Position numbers and translations under genes: made by a program. A DNA stretch of 54,854 nucleotides from positions 1 through 54,854 of the IMG/VR virus record IMGVR_UViG_3300048066_000293; one strand, given 5' to 3'. Shown here piece by piece: positions 54,190 to 54,854 of the stretch. Origin of the DNA: a virus. Its lineage: Duplodnaviria > Caudoviricetes. The notes under the pieces are model-generated. The model made no database searches. It worked only from the letters and a program-made list of their open reading frames with translations, and had not been told where the DNA came from. The first letter of the stretch is position 1. Every line of letters begins with the position of its first letter.

Positions 54190-54570
54190 ATGCGTACAGT
54201 ATTTATCGCGGCAGCATTGACTGCATCAGCAACAGTAGCAGGAGCAGTTGACTTAGGTACAACTGGTGTTACTCTTAACACAGACGTTGTAGCAACACAT
54301 ATGGTGGATGCAGAAACAACAACAATGACAATTGAGCCAGAATTAGGTTATGCATTTGGCATGGCTAACTTCACAATGGGTACAATGTTGAATATTTGGG
54401 ACAACGACAATAAAGTAACATTTGATGATGAGTTTGATCATCTTCCAGTGGTTGATTTTGGTGTAACTTATGGTTTGACAGATAGCGTTGAATTAGAAGC
54501 AACGACATCATATGACCTAGAAGCAGAAGAACGCGGTGAAATCAAATTAATGACAACGTTTAGTTTCTAA
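54190..54570 (+). CDS. Small outer-membrane beta-barrel-like protein (start MRTVFI)
   Basis: Signal peptide; alternating beta strands; C-terminal Phe. Confidence 0.7.
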   Translation: MRTVFIAAALTASATVAGAVDLGTTGVTLNTDVVATHMVDAETTTMTIEPELGYAFGMANFTMGTMLNIWDNDNKVTFDDEFDHLPVVDFGVTYGLTDSVELEATTSYDLEAEERGEIKLMTTFSF

Positions 54571-54588
54571 GTTAACAATATAACAACT

Positions 54589-54619
54589 AAAAGAAGGCGC
54601 TCTTAGAGCGTCTTTTTTT
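54589..54619 (+). terminator. Intrinsic terminator
   Basis: AGGCGCTC-TTA-GAGCGTCT with a T run. Confidence 0.8.
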
Positions 54620-54658
54620 GTGACTAAATAAACGTAGTATATTATAGAGGAGCAACTC

Positions 54659-54796
54659 ATGTCTGAAGGTGACGTACAAGCAGGGATACAATTTATATAT
54701 GACATGCGCGAGCACGTTGTAGACATAGCTCTCGCAACAGTCTATGGCATTGTAGTTTATGCTACTATCTTATGGATTAAAAAGAAATTAAGCTAA
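54659..54796 (+). CDS. 45-aa single-TM peptide (MSEGDVQAG...)
   Basis: Hand-translated; GAGGAG SD; TAAATA upstream. Confidence 0.65.
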   Translation: MSEGDVQAGIQFIYDMREHVVDIALATVYGIVVYATILWIKKKLS

Positions 54797-54811
54797 TAAA
54801 GGGCAAAAATT

Positions 54812-54854
54812 ATGCAACAAAATGAATATGATGTAAGAGTCGTTAAAGTAGTAG
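54812..54854 (+). CDS. Partial CDS (MQQNEYDVRVVKVV...), start resembles the thermonuclease/SNase family
   Basis: Only 14 codons visible; AAGGGC leader. Confidence 0.4.
   Translation, partial: MQQNEYDVRVVKVV

Noticed and set aside
1-54854. Stop-codon reassignment
   Set aside because: Conserved genes are full length in the standard code, and TAA, TAG and TGA all terminate genes

Overview
A 54.9-kb segment of a large, T4-like/jumbo-type tailed phage genome. The host is most probably a marine alphaproteobacterium, since the window carries ALA synthase hemA, a permuted two-piece tmRNA with the alpha-type T-loop, DUF1127, pseudoazurin and a CoxIV-like peptide. Layout: (i) 2.1-10.8 kb is a minus-strand array of about 15 short early cassettes, each with its own near-consensus sigma70 promoter, plus tRNA-Leu(TAA) and tRNA-Arg(TCT); (ii) 10.2-11.4 kb is a non-coding switch region with IHF-like boxes and inverted TAG/CTA repeats; (iii) 11.8-37 kb holds mostly plus-strand late/virion genes behind a TAAATA promoter, many apparently leaderless, interspersed with auxiliary metabolic genes (hemA, AOX, PiT-like transporter, lipase); (iv) nrdA-nrdB-glutaredoxin, two M15-type peptidases flanking a 1647-aa repeat protein, a QueG-like gene, tmRNA and pseudoazurin. 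Best candidate for an undescribed system: 14 of the 15 promoter-proximal early genes carry a non-canonical GAGGGC-type leader motif (11 exact) in place of GGAG(G). A structured RNA in the 3' UTR of one of them (3583-3749, minus strand) displays the exact complement GCCCUC in three hairpin loops. Other strong signals: a 57-codon ORF nested in the tmRNA intervening segment that would lose its stop codon on processing; a probable -1 frameshift at A_AAA_AAG in a scaffold-like gene; and a 414-nt early stretch with no GA or GG dinucleotide. All product calls are from motif recognition by eye, with no database searches.
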